Assembly (NCBI GenBank): GCA_002633005.1
Contig: NMRA01000216.1
Span: forward strand, 49,843-113,842
Source of the DNA: Phoronis australis
Lineage: Eukaryota > Animalia > Phoronida
Length of the DNA: 64,000 nucleotides
Direction: 5' to 3'
Numbering within the stretch: the stretch's first letter is position 1; each line of letters starts with the position of its first letter. The notes beneath the pieces are model-generated. The model made no database searches and was not told the origin of the DNA. It saw nothing but the letters and a program-made list of their open reading frames with translations. Below are positions 13,101-28,100 of the stretch, in pieces. The translations under genes were made by a program, and so were the position numbers.

Positions 13101-16100
13101 GTAATATGTAAAGTAATAGTTTTCGAGGGGTGTGAAACCTTTCAGCATGCTTAACTCCTGGTGAAGGAATTGCCTTTAATACAAGATACATGGCATTGAA
13201 TAAGACTGTGAAGCTTCAGTTGTTTGTATTCATTGCCTTCGGTGCTCATGAATTGTGATGTTGCAGGCTTTAGCTCAGACCCTCGGTGTGTTCTTGAGTA
13301 TGCAACAGTGTTATGAAAACATGGAACCAGCCGCTGTGGGCCGCGTCATTCAAGGACTCTCACTGGTTTGTACAAGTCTTAAGGTTATGTGTGCTTCGTT
13401 TTATAGCACTGTCTTTTTTGAATCCATAATTTTTGGTTTGAAATTCTGGGTGTTTTTCATAAAATTACCACCAAGTATGATCTGCACTTCATGCCAATGT
13501 CTTGTCAGTTCTTTTTGACATGCTCCAAAAATAGCACATGGTTAAAAGAATCTTGTTTTCTGTGTCAAATACTCTGTGTACTCAAACTTTGTAATCTGAC
13601 TGTAGTTGGAAAGCTGGTAATATTTTCGGGGAAAAATTGTGTTGAAGGAAACTGAAAATAATTTCAAATCGGAGACTGACTTAAAGAGCTAAAAAGGTTT
13701 TTTGATTAATTGATTTTTCAACAAGAGGATTATTGCCAATTTTAAACCGTGTCATACTATCCTTTATCCGTGATATGTTGGCCATTTTTAGAAAATTAAT
13801 GTTCTCTAGACTTATAACATCTCTTCTTAACTGACTACAGGATGGTTCTTGGGGCTGTTTTGATGAGGTGCAGTCCATCAGGCGCGAGGTGCTATCCGTG
13901 GTTCTAGACCTGGTACAGACTGTCTTCTCTGCACTGAAGGCTAGGCATGAGTTTTGCTACTTCTCTGATGGACAAGAGGTATTATGCCATTCAATTCTGT
14001 CTTACTTGGTCGTTAACTCTTTGAAAGCTGGATATTCATTTCAGATATAACTTGAGGGAAATTAGATTTCCAGTAATATTAAGTGGCATTTTTGGGTGAG
14101 AAGATATTTGGCTTAGCCTGTTCACAAAGTCAGGCTTAGGACGAAAGTCATAAAATCTCAAAAACTTGGAATCCGTAACCTGCTTAGGATGAAAGGCAAA
14201 GGCCAAAAGAATATTAGTCAGATATCGAAGCTTTGCCAAAACCAATACTTTAATAGATAATAGGCTGTAATAAGTGATTCGGATCTTGCCTGAATCTGCT
14301 GAAATAACGATTGATTATTCTACCCTGATATTCTGTTAATGGGGATAGTGGTGGGTCTGTAATGCATTTCTTTTACCATCAGGTGACGCTCAACAAGAGT
14401 GTCAGTTTCTTCATGACCCTCAACCCCACCACAGCTCTGCCATCGTATACCGTGCCCAACGACCTGAGGACCTCATTCCGGCAGGTGTCGCTGGTCATGC
14501 CAGACTTTGGACAGGTGCTCAAAAACAAATGCTGCGTCATCGGTCTGAAGGCTCCGACTGCTCTGGCACTGAGGCTGAAGATCGTCACGGATCTGGCCAA
14601 GGATTTGCTGTGAGTGCCTTTTGGGTAATCTTGGGAAAATAGAAAAATTTGCTGTGGTACTTAGCTCACCATTCCTGTACTTTAGATAAGGCCGTTCTTT
14701 ACATTTTGTTTCCCCTTGCCCGATCTTACTCTTCTGAGAGGGGGGTGGGTTTGGTGTTTCATTTCTCCACTTGTCAAGGTGCGCTTGTTTTTGCAGCAAC
14801 ATTTTTTATTTGAAAAAAGTGTTGTCAGATTGCATGTAATATATTTACAGTAGGTCGCGCAAAAGTAAACAAACTTATTAAATACCCCCTAAAATCTGTG
14901 AACGTAGTTATTTTGCCAAATATACCAACAAAACATCCTAACAAAGATTACTGTTATGTGTAATTGTTAGCGATATTGAATATTAAGCAGTTACTTGTAC
15001 ATCGTCTGCTTAGAAAATACGAAAAATAAAAAGTGTCTATTTAAGTTAGCAAGTTGTTTCTGTATGGAATTGAAAACCGTTTTGCCCTCACGCTTTTGTG
15101 TTTTCATTTTTGATAGTCCTGAAGAGTTCCACAACCAGTTTAGCGTGGCTGCCCTAACTGGGGTCTTACAGCGGGCAGCTCAGAAGAGGAAGAATTTGAG
15201 AGAAGACCGCGCTGCCGATCGGGAGAGCAAGTACGAGCGAGAAAGAAAGGACGCGGCAGACCTGTCTCGGTCCAATAGCCAAGCATCAGTTGCTGTCACA
15301 GGAAACCTGATTAGTAAGTTATTCAGTGCATACACAAAGCCTTGTTGGTCTTGTCGAGTTTTATCAAGTGATTGTAGCTGCGTTAAAGGGAATCTGTAAC
15401 TTTTACTTCATCTTTTCTCTGGTTCTTTGTCCTTTGTATTTCTTTGTTAACTAATTTGCTATCCTCTTCAGCTCGTTTCAAGCATTGTTTCTTCGTGTTG
15501 ACTTTATTGTCACTTCCTCTCAATATCCTCTGTCTGTCCAATACACTCTGTCATGTTCTTTGATGGATCTGCTGTTTTTATTCTCTATGTCTATTTTCAT
15601 CCGTCTGATTTGCCAGGTTATAAGCATCACAAATCGGGCCGAAACTCGCCGACTTCACCACGCCCCAGGTCAGCCAGTCCCTCTAAGCAAAAATCCAGAA
15701 GTCCCCAACAGAAATCGCTGAGTCTTAAAAACAAATCGAGGACTCCAAAACAAAAACCATTCAGGCAGTTCAAAACCAGCCCCACACGACTTAAGACTAG
15801 GCCTTTGCTATATTCTAACATGGCGACTGGGGTAGTTGCCAACAGTCCTGCTCATCTGCCGCAGTACTTGCCCAGTTTCAACTCAAGTTCTAATGCCTCG
15901 GTCCATGGCAGGTCTTCATCTCAGTCAAGCAGGCAAACGACATTCACAAAAACCAAACTTTCTCCCATAAAGCAACCTTCATTTCAATCATCGTTGCCCA
16001 AGATCATTACCCACAATTCAACATTAAACAAGAACTGTTCAGCCAGAGGTTACGATTATACAAAAGTACGTCGGAAAAAGCTGAGTCCACTCAAGGAGTC

Positions 16101-19100
16101 GTCATTTTCACATCGAAAGTCACAGTCGTCACTGAGTGTGGACACCCTGTTTGATGTAGAATCTGATTTAAAGCTACCAGAGAAGCAAGCACCCTTAAAG
16201 CAGATAAATCAGAAATCTGGTGGTTATTTACCCAATGGTAACTACCTATGATGCATTTCATTTTCTGTTTTGTTCATCGTTGATGTTTATCAGATCCAAA
16301 TCTCCATGGATATGGCTTGGTCAGGTGTTACATTGTAATAAGCCTTAAACGTTCTAGCCTTTTTTTCATGTTGTTTCCCTCTGCATCATTAATGGCTACG
16401 GACATTTGTCTCTTGAAATAGCCAAAAGATCACCATGCAAATTACCATCTGCTTCTCTGTTTAAAACAAATTCATCAAGTTTAGAAACAACTTACATTTT
16501 ACAACAACAAAGAATCCAGTTCTTGTAATTTTTTTCCCATTTGTTTACATTAGAAAATATTAACGCGAACACCCAAGAGCTGGGTGCAGAAGCGCCATCT
16601 GATGAGAGGAAGTCCACGGGTAGTTTCCACCTGGGGTGCTTGGGTGTCGTCGTCATGGCAGTGACACCAAGGTCTATTCCGAGTCCACAACAACGTAAAC
16701 TGTCACGAAACTCTGTTGGCGGTAGACACATAACACCATCTGTTTTGTTTGATTCTTATTAATTTTGTTCTTTATGATGACTACTTTATTTAGTTCTTTC
16801 TTTGTTTTTTACTAGTAATTTGTGGTCCTTCACTTATTTTGCACAAAAAATATTTTGTCATTTTTCATTTTTCAATGGTTGATTAATTTTCTTTTTCGAA
16901 AACAATGGGAACTTTTGCAATCGATGTTGTTTTATGACATCTGTACAACGTAATAAAAACATTCTTTAACTTTACTTTTGTGGAAAAATTTGACAAAAAT
17001 AAAATTTCAGTATCTGCCATAGTGTGTGCTGAATTATTGAAGAATTATCACACTTTTGGTTTGCTTTTACCAACCGTTCTCTTTTCTGAATTTTATTCGG
17101 CTGCTCACTGTTTGTGCGTTGTATAAGACATATAGTTTTAATAATTAATATTTCCTCATGGAACTGTTATCACGAAAAACTATTCAAAAACATAAAGACA
17201 TCTGCTCGACATGTAAGTAACTATTAAACAGTACTATGATGTGTTACAAAAAAACTGGAATTGATGAGAAGCACGTTGTGCAAGAGAGTTTGGTGTAAAC
17301 ATAATGCTCAGAACTCTCGACTCCACGTAATTGTTGAATAGTTTACACTGATTTCAGTAGCCTGGATGATATTCAAATTTCTGTTTGGATTTGACACAGT
17401 AAAACATTTTAAATCTAACTTTTGCTGTCCAACATTAGGTCCGCTCCCTCGAGCTGAGACACGCGGCCAGAGCCGTAAGGCCAACACGCCCAACCCGCTC
17501 ACCCCCGCTGCCAAACTGGAACATTCCATGGTGGGTCAGGCACTCCTGGAGGTGATTGGACCGAGGCTGACTGGAGATGTATGTTTTTAACTTTCAATTC
17601 TTATTCGAATTCGTTGTATATTAATTCTGAATCTACGTCATGTGACTTTTCTTAACGTGTAATGCGGGTAGTGTAAAGAGTAAAAGTAAAAATAACGCTC
17701 AAAAACTTTTAAATTAATAATTTAATGATATCGTGACATTAAATGAAGTACATAACTCTCAAAATCTTAGCCTTTATTTAAGTTTTGCCAATTTCATGTC
17801 ATCGAAAATACAATAGTCTGTATGCAAATTAAGTTTCATGTCATTGAAAATACAATAGTCTGTATGCAAATTAAGTTTCATGTCATTGAAAATACAATAG
17901 TCTGTCTGCAAATTAAGTTTCATGTCATTGAAAATACAATAGTCTGTATGCAAATTAAGTTTCATGTCATCAAAAATACAATAGTCTGTATGTAAGTTAA
18001 GTGTAATCTATGGGCGTGGGTAACTTGTACTCTCATGAAGTCCTATTCATTTGTGTCACCATAAAGCATCAATCCCCTTTCATGCCAGAAAGCTTCAAAC
18101 ACACATTTTGCTGTATCCTCTTCAAACTTAGAAGAGACCATTTCCTCTAGTTCACCTGAAATTCTTGAGAATGACTTAACCTAGTGGTTATTAAGTTACT
18201 AGGTATTAAATACAAAACTGATTTAACGCATTATAAAATATGTATAGTCCCATCTGTACTGCTGGTTGCAGGTAGTGTATTAATTGCTCTTGTTATAATC
18301 ATCACCATATGTCATTGTTGCAGTTTTATGATTATTTTTATCATGCAGAATTTGATGGTGTTCAAGTCTATTGTAAAAGACATCTTCACTGGGCTTCCTG
18401 AGGCTCCTAAGAGCTATTCAGCTCGCTCACGCACCTATGATATTGAGTCGGCCATTGAGCAGCAGGCAGTTGAACAAGGACTGATAGCCCATAAACCTTG
18501 GGTAGAGAAATGTATGCAGCTATATACTGTGTCATCGTTACACCAAGGTATATTACCTGCACTCTCATCATTGATGGTGTCTCATATTGAGTCTAACCAA
18601 TTCCACTTGATTATAAAGTGTTCAGTGACCGAAATTTAATAATGACAGTTACAGTGACGATGCCTGTGATGTAACCTGGGACAATTAGGGAGATTAGTAG
18701 CCAATCGGGGGTTTTTGTGCAAGGGACTCTTTGGAGTATCGTCACTGAAATCCTTTATCTGCTAAGATTACCATATATGCATCAAAGTGTTAAATTGAAC
18801 ATGTCATGAGGGTGGAAATGCTTGTCTCAAATTGACATGCTTTCCTGTAAAAGAATTTACATTTTGTGCAAGATTGTGTGCTATCCCTTATTATGAACCT
18901 TTTCAGGAGTGATCGTGGCTGGCCCCCCTGGCAGTGGTAAGACTAGCTGTATCCAGACACTGGTGGATGCTTTGTGCATCTCCCCGCGGGGCATTTCTCG
19001 TCATTCGCACAGCACCCGCATGACCAACCCTGCTGAGGTCAGTCACAAACTTCAGAGGATCAACCCTATGGTTGTAGAGGACTCCAGTCTCATGTTTGGT

Positions 19101-22100
19101 CACCTGAGCATCAACCATGACTGGGTGGACGGTATATTCACCTCGGCTTGGAAGAAAGCTAACAGGGTAGGTCTTTAGAGTGTAGTTGTCAGGATTCTGG
19201 CTTGTGCAAATGATATCACTCTGCCGTGAGACCATTTGAGCCATGATATCATAATTCATTGGCAACAGTAATGTTTTGTATGCATAGATTAATTCTTATT
19301 GACGCAACCAAGCAAAAACGCTGTACCTTGACAGTTTCAGCTACTCACAGCAGCCATCTTCAGAAGCTACTGGACACTAGGTGGCGTGGTGATGACACTG
19401 TGACATTTTCTGAATTTAATAGAAATTAACTGAAATTTGATTAATTTTAATTCAAACTTATATTTGATGTGATATTGGCATACGGTCTTCATAAGGTGAA
19501 TTTTCAATTAAAGCAATTCCAGTTGAGTAATATGTTGGTTACAATTTTTGGTTTCAACTGTCGTTTTTTCACACTGAAAATGTTCTTGGTGACTGATGAC
19601 TTTTCTCGAAACCTAGTCAGTCAACAAAACACTTCTTTAAATCTTAATTGTACATCAGCTTTCCGAACAGGTAAACCTTGTTGTGAATTGCTGTAGAGAG
19701 AAGAAAATAAGGAACACTAGTCTTGTTTATTATTTTGTTTATTGCAATACTATAGTTTATTCAATGTAATAAGGAGTTCTTATAATTTGATGTATTCAAA
19801 ACTGTCTTGTGTTGACCTGTTATAAGCAGTTTGTGTGGGACGTTTGGTTTGAAGTCTTTATGTCATTCACAGTCACTCTAAGTAAGTTTTTTGCAAGTTT
19901 TAGAGTGAGTGAAATACAGTATTGTTTCATACCAGAACAAGAAGTAATTGACGTGTGTTTGGATTTTTTGGGGATTTTGTGTTTGTCATGTGTTGTGTTT
20001 TTGCATATGGGTTGCTGAGTTTTTGCAAGTTAGTGAACAGAGATTGGTAATACTGTCCTGCGAGGAAAGGACAATTTGGTACATTAATATTTGCATAAAA
20101 GACCAAATGTCACACATTAGAGGCCTAACAACAGAGCTGGGTTGAATAAGTTGAACTGGTGCAGGATGTCAAGTACATTGTGCAAGAACAACGTGACATG
20201 TGGTCATGTGATGTCATGGCTTCTCTTTATCTTATAACTTGTATGCAACCAGCCATTTGATTTGTAATAATCTGTGAGATAAGTGTGTGGTAAGACTGCA
20301 ACCAGATTAAACATTGGATAATAAAAGTGACTGTAATCAAGCCATTACTGGTATAAAGCATCACTGAAAAAGTCAGTTATGCCCCGGATGTTGGAATATA
20401 ACATGTTAGAGATGAGTATGGTGCAGTGTTTTAATGAAAGCGGGGATTCTGCCTGGTTATGCACTTACATGAATAAACTGCATTCGTTTCAGAATCAAAG
20501 TACGACTTGGCTATGTCTAGATGGACCACTCAATGCCAGTTGGGCTGATAATTTCAGCAGTGTGTTGAACCCCAGTAAGGTACGGCTCTCCTGTCTATTT
20601 TTAACACAGCTATCAGGGTCAGACGTTGGCTATGGTATATATATTGATTAAAAGTTACTTAGAAATTAATGTATTTGCTTTAATTTTGAAAAAAACAAAG
20701 AAAAATAAAATTTCACGTCGGCCATATTGTGTCCTAGGTTAGAGTCTATCCTAATCTCTTCATCTGAATTAACTAAAAGGCTTCATATTCATGTTTATAA
20801 TATATTCGCAGTGTCTGCTCTAAATAAAAATTAGACGGGTTGTACCAGATTGGTAATATAAATTTTTATAGTCTCAGTTAGGTACACTGTTGGACTATAA
20901 CTCGTAAAAGCCAGCTGGTTCTTAGAGATAAAATTAGTGTGAACACAAACTTGTAAGTGTGCCATCACTGCACTCTGGTGAATTCTTGGAGATGGCCTAG
21001 GTCTTCTTATAATCATCTTATTGTTGGATGTGGTTATTTTTTGAAGTTATCAATTTTGACCAGAACTATTACTAACAGACTCCACTGGTTTTGTGAGTTT
21101 ATTACAAATTGCCATTTCTTGCCACCATTCATTGAAGTCACTTAGAATTAGGCTTTTGACTAAACCTCTTATTATAATCATGCTTAAAATGCTGTAGCCT
21201 TTATAATGTGAAATTTAGCTCTGCCAGCAGAACGTTCGACTGTGACTATGGGATTTCCAAGTTCAAATCCTCATTGAGGCTGATCTCAGAACTCCATAAG
21301 TTCTCGCCGATATCGTCACGGTAACAAGCTGGGTCTACAACAATGTTTATGACTGAACTCGTTTCAGACTCTCCATTTGCGTAATGGTGATCGGCTGTTC
21401 ATGTCGGATAACGTCAAGCTGCTGTTTGAGACCACCAACTTGAGTGAAGCTTCTCCGGCCACTGTGGCCAAATCGGTAATTTAGAATATTTTGTTTTTGA
21501 TTTTTGTTACTACAGATACCTTTTGGAGCAAAAAAAGGTGTTATGCTGATTGATGTCGGTATACACTCACCTGTTACATCGATGTCGCATGGATTTGTAG
21601 TTTAGGAAACTAAGGCAATTGTCAATTAGTTATAAATATTTTTAATGAGCAGGTAATCTTATTTGTTTCAAAGTTATTATTTTCAAGACATGTTTTAGCC
21701 AAATGTTTGCTTACTTTTAGGAATTTACTTTCTATATTCCTGAGGAGTTTTTGGTACATGTTATGCAGTCCTGACATCTTTTGGTTTCAGTGAAAGCCTA
21801 ATGACAACCTTCTGCAATTAAGTAACACGAAATCATTTTACTATAGGTCAGGGTTTGACGGTATGTCAAGAGAAGGACAACTAAATTGCAATTTGGATTT
21901 TTTTGAGTTTCATTAAGTATTTTGTACATAAATCAAACTTTTTTCCAGGGCATTGTGTTTGTGGATAAAGATGTTGTGGGTTGGAACCCCATAGCCCAGG
22001 CATGGCTGGAGGACAGGACACAGCAGGAAGTACATGTAAGTGGGGCCGTACATGGGGGGGGGCTCGCCATGCCCTGTGAGATTACACTGAATTGTGGCCT

Positions 22101-25100
22101 TCACTGATAAGTATTAGTCTATGTGACGCATAGCCAGTTCAGAGATAGGTGCTAGACACAACAAAATATATTTTGAAATTTTACCTATCTCTCTAACACG
22201 AACTCGAGATAATTATCTAGTATTCTGTGCTTGAGTATTTTATGGATTACGTGAACTCCTTCATAGTCCAAATGTGCTCTTTGAGACCCTTAGGTTTGAG
22301 CTACAAAATCGAGTAAAAGCTCAAGATTTGGAGTAAAAATCTAAAATTTCAAGGGAGTCAAGTTTTCTAATTCAGACTCGAACTTTTAGGCGGCTTAAAT
22401 GCTTGGTCATGAGTACAAAATAGGGTTTCGCAGTCATCCACATAAACTACAATATGCTCGAGCACAGAATAACAGAACTTAATAATTTGTTCGTGTTAAA
22501 GTAGAATATGAAAAGTGTGAAAAATCATTTTGAGCTCTACTTATAGTGAAAAGATTATTTTGAAAATATTGCCAAATTTTGTGCGTATCAAAGGGTTACG
22601 TGAAAATTTTCAAGATGTCTAGTCACATTCGTGAAATCCATGTTTTGTGAAAGAGGCCACATTTTAATGCTTGATGCCTTGGTTTCTAGTTTCTATTTTA
22701 CATTTAATTTATTTTATTATTATGATTAATTTTGTTTAGTTGACTGCTTTTCTTTTATTGGATTTGGTTCTTCTTAAAATTTGAAAATTAATGTTTTTAT
22801 CCTCTCTGAAAGTTTATTTTCAAAGATGTTTTTTCCAAGTGGCATTAATTTTATATATTTTTTGTTAATGTTTGTCTCTTTGTTAGTTATTGGTGGTCTG
22901 GGACCTTAGGTACATAGTAACAGTTTTAGACTTTCAGAAACAGGTTGTCTGGAAATCTCATGTCATAACCACGTTTCACATAAAGCCTACTTACTTCCTA
23001 TTAATACATTGTTACTCAATTTTTAAACTTCTTGGTCTTTTCATTTAGTTTGGAAGAGATGAAATTTTGGAGTTCTTGGTTTTATTTGAAGGATGTTTTC
23101 CATATGCAGGAAAATGTTTCTACTGCTCTGAACATACTGTACAGATTGGCGTTAATCTTATTTAATATTCATAGCTAAATGGTTTCACTTAAGTTCCAAA
23201 ATTAGAGAATCGATACAACTCAAAACTTTTTATGTTTGGTATAAATTATAATCTTTATTTGTTTTACAGTGTCATTTACTTTTGCATGATTTTGTTGTCA
23301 TTTATGATGTCCGATGTGAGATTAAGAATCAGACTGTAATTTGTGTTATAATGTATTTAATAACTTAAAACAAATTAAGTGGTAAAAGTTTATTTTTTCT
23401 TTTGTCCGCTAATTTATAGAAATCCTGGAAACTCTGCCAGTTTGTATGTACCCGTTTGTTTAAGTTGACTTGTGCTTTTGCTTCCAAATTGTTCTTGTGT
23501 TTTTCCACGAAACTTGCTAGTTTGCTATAAATTACGTGAAATCTTAAAGCATTGCATTTCCAGATTATAATCAGTTATTAATTATACACTCATCTCATCA
23601 CTATCTAGTAATTACTTTTCATTACCTATCTGATATTGTACTAAAGATTTCTAGTCTAGGCTTTGCATTAACCGTCATAATTTTGTTGATTATGTAGAAG
23701 TGCTTAAAGCAGTGCCCTGATCATTTGACTTCTATATTTTAATTAACTGCTTAAATGCACCTCCTAATGCTTAACCATGGTGACAGTTTCCGTAGTTACA
23801 CCTAACATTCCCGTGACTTTGTGTGATCCTCTTTAGGGTGAACTGTGATGTTTTCAGCAAATGTTTTTCTGTTATTACCATAATTCAAATTTTATAAAAA
23901 GTTAGCAGTTTGTTATCTGATAGCTTGAAATCTAAAATGTTCCCTGTAGAAGGGCTTTGCTTTGTAAGTGGACAAGTGGTGTATTACACTGTCTGGGATG
24001 GTACTGCAGCTCATTCAGTATCAGCCCCAAGTATTAGAAACTTTCTGTTTTCTGTAATTAATCGCATGACTAACAATCTGTTAAAGGTGTTATAAATCCG
24101 CCTTGCATCAAAAAATACCTTAGATTACTTACTGTTACTGGTTATAAAACTGGTCTCCAGGGGTCTCTGATTGTTCCGTATAGGATTAGAATGGATTTCT
24201 AGCCTTCAGAAGAACTGACAGATCATTAAGCTTGAGCCTAGGGGTCTGTTTTTTGAAGAAAAAAGCTGTGTTTTTTTTTAATTTGGCTTTGGAGCAGTCT
24301 GCAGGTTTCTGTGTTTTGGCTTCAAGTGGTAGACAGATTTTCTGACCTTTAGCCTTAGTCTGATTTTGTGAAACAGGTCATATGTTGACTGATTTGTATC
24401 CAAAAGACAAACAAACTCTTCGATAAACAGCCCCCAGACTGAAGTATTTTTTGTCTGAGTAATGCCAATGGCTCTGTTTATGCTCTAAACATGGCCTCAA
24501 GCAATAACAAACTGAGATGTATTACCGAACCCTGAAATCACTTCTCATCAGAGTGAGTAACAAGCAGAGACCAGTTTTACACCCTCCAGTAAATAGTCTA
24601 AATGAGTTAAAAACTATTTTTTGACTATGCATAATTGAGAAACACGACTTGAGTACATATTTTAGTTAATTACAAACATTCTATAGCTGTTAGAGTTTTC
24701 TGCTTTTGAACTCAGTCCTTGTTCATAGTGATCATAATGAGAGTTTTGTTGTAACCACATGTGTTATGTGTTTGGCACCGTACACTGTACAATGCACTGA
24801 CTGACATAGTTTGGAATGAAGAGTGCTGTGTACTGTTGATGCTTAGAGCTTGTCTTGTCACAAATTATTGCACAATGCACTCACAGTAACTGAGCTCAAT
24901 TTTTACTGTCTCTAATAAGTTCGTACAATTGCATTAGACAATAGTGAGCAGTCCATTGTTACCATTCATTGTATGTTGATCTGATTGTATTCTGCAGGTC
25001 CTGACCAGAGCCTTCAACAAGACAGTAGATGCCGTGTCTAATTATGTTTTACAAGATGCCAAGTAGGTTATGTACTTGAATCTTCTACTGATAATATTGG

Positions 25101-28100
25101 CAACATATCTCAAATGACTATGCATAAGGCAAAAAAGCAATGTTGGTTCTAGTCTCTAACCCAATTCACTTTGAGACATGCTCACCTAAAAGCAATGTTG
25201 GTTCTAGTCTCTAACCCAATTCACTTTGAGACATGCTCACCTAAAAGAAAAAAAAACGCCTACATGCACCGAGGTTACTTATATTTTTTGGAAAAGTGCA
25301 CAAAACGAGAAAAGTTTGAAATGCCATGATTTGCCATGTTGTAAGTGAAAACAAATCCTGTATCATCTCAGGCAGGTTTTTTTCTTTTTCAAAAAATGGG
25401 AGCAACTAAAAATGCCATGCCAACAGCTCAGTTTGCAGAAAAAGGACCAGAACCAGCTTTTTTACCTAAGCGTGACATGTTAAGTAAGCCCTTCCCCAAT
25501 GTATTTGCCTTTCATGGAAGATTTCTCCAATACCATCCATCGTTTAGCTATTTAATCCATGAGTATTTTGATGGTTTAATGAAAAAAGAATGTCAGTCGT
25601 GTTGTGACTTAATGGTTGGGATTTTGCTATGTATTGTTCAGCCTGAATAAGCTTTGCTAAAATCTGTCGCTGTTTTCTAGGCCGAGTCTGAAACTGTCGG
25701 AGATCGGTATGTTCACGACCTGTCTTAAACTGCTGTCGGCCATGTTGGCCGATAACATCGAGATAGGCGGAGAGATGCACATCGAGAGACTATATTTGTT
25801 CTGCCTCATCTGGACATTTGGGGGTCTGTTGGAAAAACACGAACAGAAAGGATTCAGCGACCTTTTGAAAACTCTGTCATCTGCGTAAGTACACGGGCGA
25901 AGCCATTGTTGAGGGGGGGTGTTAAGTTTTGAGACTTTTGACCTTTGCTCCTCGCTTGCCTTATTCTGTCTTTACTCGCGTGATTGTTATGTTTGATGTA
26001 ATGTAATGTTTTGTAATGTGTATACTAATAATAGCTGATTCGATTTTTGGTATTCCAGTGCTTTTTGTGTGGTTAATTGCAGCTGTTCAGTTTAAGATCA
26101 TGGTTGTGTACTCACTTAATTACTGACAACCCAATAATTGTCTTGGTGATACGTATAACTAATTGTATTTTCCTTTCTAACGTGTAATTTCCAACGTAAT
26201 CATGAAATCCATGTTGTGGTTGGATGCCACTTAGCTGGCTTTACTTTCTTGCAAACTGTCTGACCTTTGCTGCGTAAACAGCCTCGCAATTTTGTATTTC
26301 TGAATCAGTTAACTACAATCCAAAACACAGCAGTGCTTCTCTATCTTTCTCTTTGCAAATAGCATTCATCCTTTTGCCCATATTCGGATTGTTTGTCTGA
26401 ATAGCCAACCATTCAATTAAATATGAACTTGACAATTAAATTACTGCTTTCCTCTCTGTTGGTATTAATATTCAAATTTTATGAAATATTTTGTACATGC
26501 ATGACCTACCCAGCTACTAACAGTACATGACAAATAATCCTTCAAAATACCGTTTCCCTGTCGGGCTAATTTTGTTTACATCAAAAGGAGGGGAAATAAA
26601 TATTATGGCGTCGAAATTCCCATTACAAAATGGCTTAGCCTCCTTTAGTTACAAATGAACTTTCCTGTTAATTTACCTTCATTCTCCACCATGAGAGAAA
26701 ATTAATGATGATGAATTCGGCTTCCACCCAGCGGGGGGTCATGATGAGGAACTGTAGGTTATTTTGTTTGAGTACCTTTGGTGTGTACTGTTGTGCGATC
26801 AGAAGGTGAAAAGTCTGTTGCTCTTATCATTTACCTTTGGCCTGCCAGTTACCTTTCGTGGCAAATGTTGAGCTTGACTATGACCTTGCTTGTTTCTAAC
26901 CCTTTCTAGTGCACCCAGCGCAACCAATGTCATGTAAGTGGCGCCGCCTATGAGACTGGTGTATAAGACTGTTATTGTTTATAGCTGAATCTAGTTGCTT
27001 ACAATAGGCTATTAGAGATTTGAGGGTAGATAAAAGGTTCTTGCACATTCTTCTTGAAGCCACAGAAAGAAAATTAACTTCATTTTATTCTCAAATTTGG
27101 TGTGTTGTTGGACAGAAAGAAGGGAATTTTAACATTCAAGGGAAGTTGCTACTTAATATCAAAAGTACAAATTGTTTTTAGATATTTCATAGAATGTGAC
27201 CCCAACAATGAACCTGTTATCTAACCTTAAAATGAAAAATTTTGATATCAACACAATGGTTTTCATTAATTTATAAACAAGATCTGAGTGGAACTCTAAA
27301 ACTTAGTTTTTGTTTTGAAATCCTCAACCTTTACTGTTTTCAAATATTTTTTTAATTTGCCAAATTGCTATACAAAGACATATGGTATGAGCTTTATTGA
27401 GGCAAGACCTTTTGCCAAAGGAAAATATTTTTTAAGGATTAAATATCATGCATTGATTGAGCTGCTCTGAAAACCTTGCTTACAAATTATAGGGTCATAT
27501 ATTACTGTGTTGATATCTTAATAATTTTATGTTTTGACTTAGATAATTAGCCAAAGTGGGCATGGTTTAAATTTGGTTTGTTCTATAGAGCTATTTATGT
27601 AAGCTTTGTTGTATTTTGTTTGATGTATATTTTGTTAAAATAACGGTTTTTCATTATTGTTGTGTGTTGTTGAAGAGAACCATCCGAGAACCACTGCTAT
27701 CCTCTTTGATTTTATTGTCAAGAAGTTTGGAAAAAATAGGTTCAAATCAATGAAGAGTTAGCCAAAAATGATTAAAAAATTCATTCTGCCCATCTTACGA
27801 TGAAAACTAATTGTACCAGTGGCAAGATATTTTAGTTCATACAACGGTTTCTTATTAAATAATTGAGCATTCCATTCTCTAGACAAGCTTTCTGCAAGAC
27901 TGCTTTTGTCTGTTGGTGTCTAATGCAAGTTGTGCATGTAATAAACAGTCCTCCATAAATGACGATCACCCGGACCTGACGTTCTATATTAAAGCCGATA
28001 AGATAATTGCTAGATTTCACTGTAATTCGTTACAATCAGGTGTGGAATTTTGCTAGTGGTTGGCTGCTTATTACTCAAACACTAAAAAGATATTGCGTTG

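Noticed and set aside
17774-17965. Minus-strand repeat ORF (MKLNLHTDYCIFND)n
   Set aside because: By-product of the 42-bp minisatellite
21216-21280. tRNA-like A-box and B-box (tagctc...gttcaaatcc)
   Set aside because: No cloverleaf; at most a decayed SINE head
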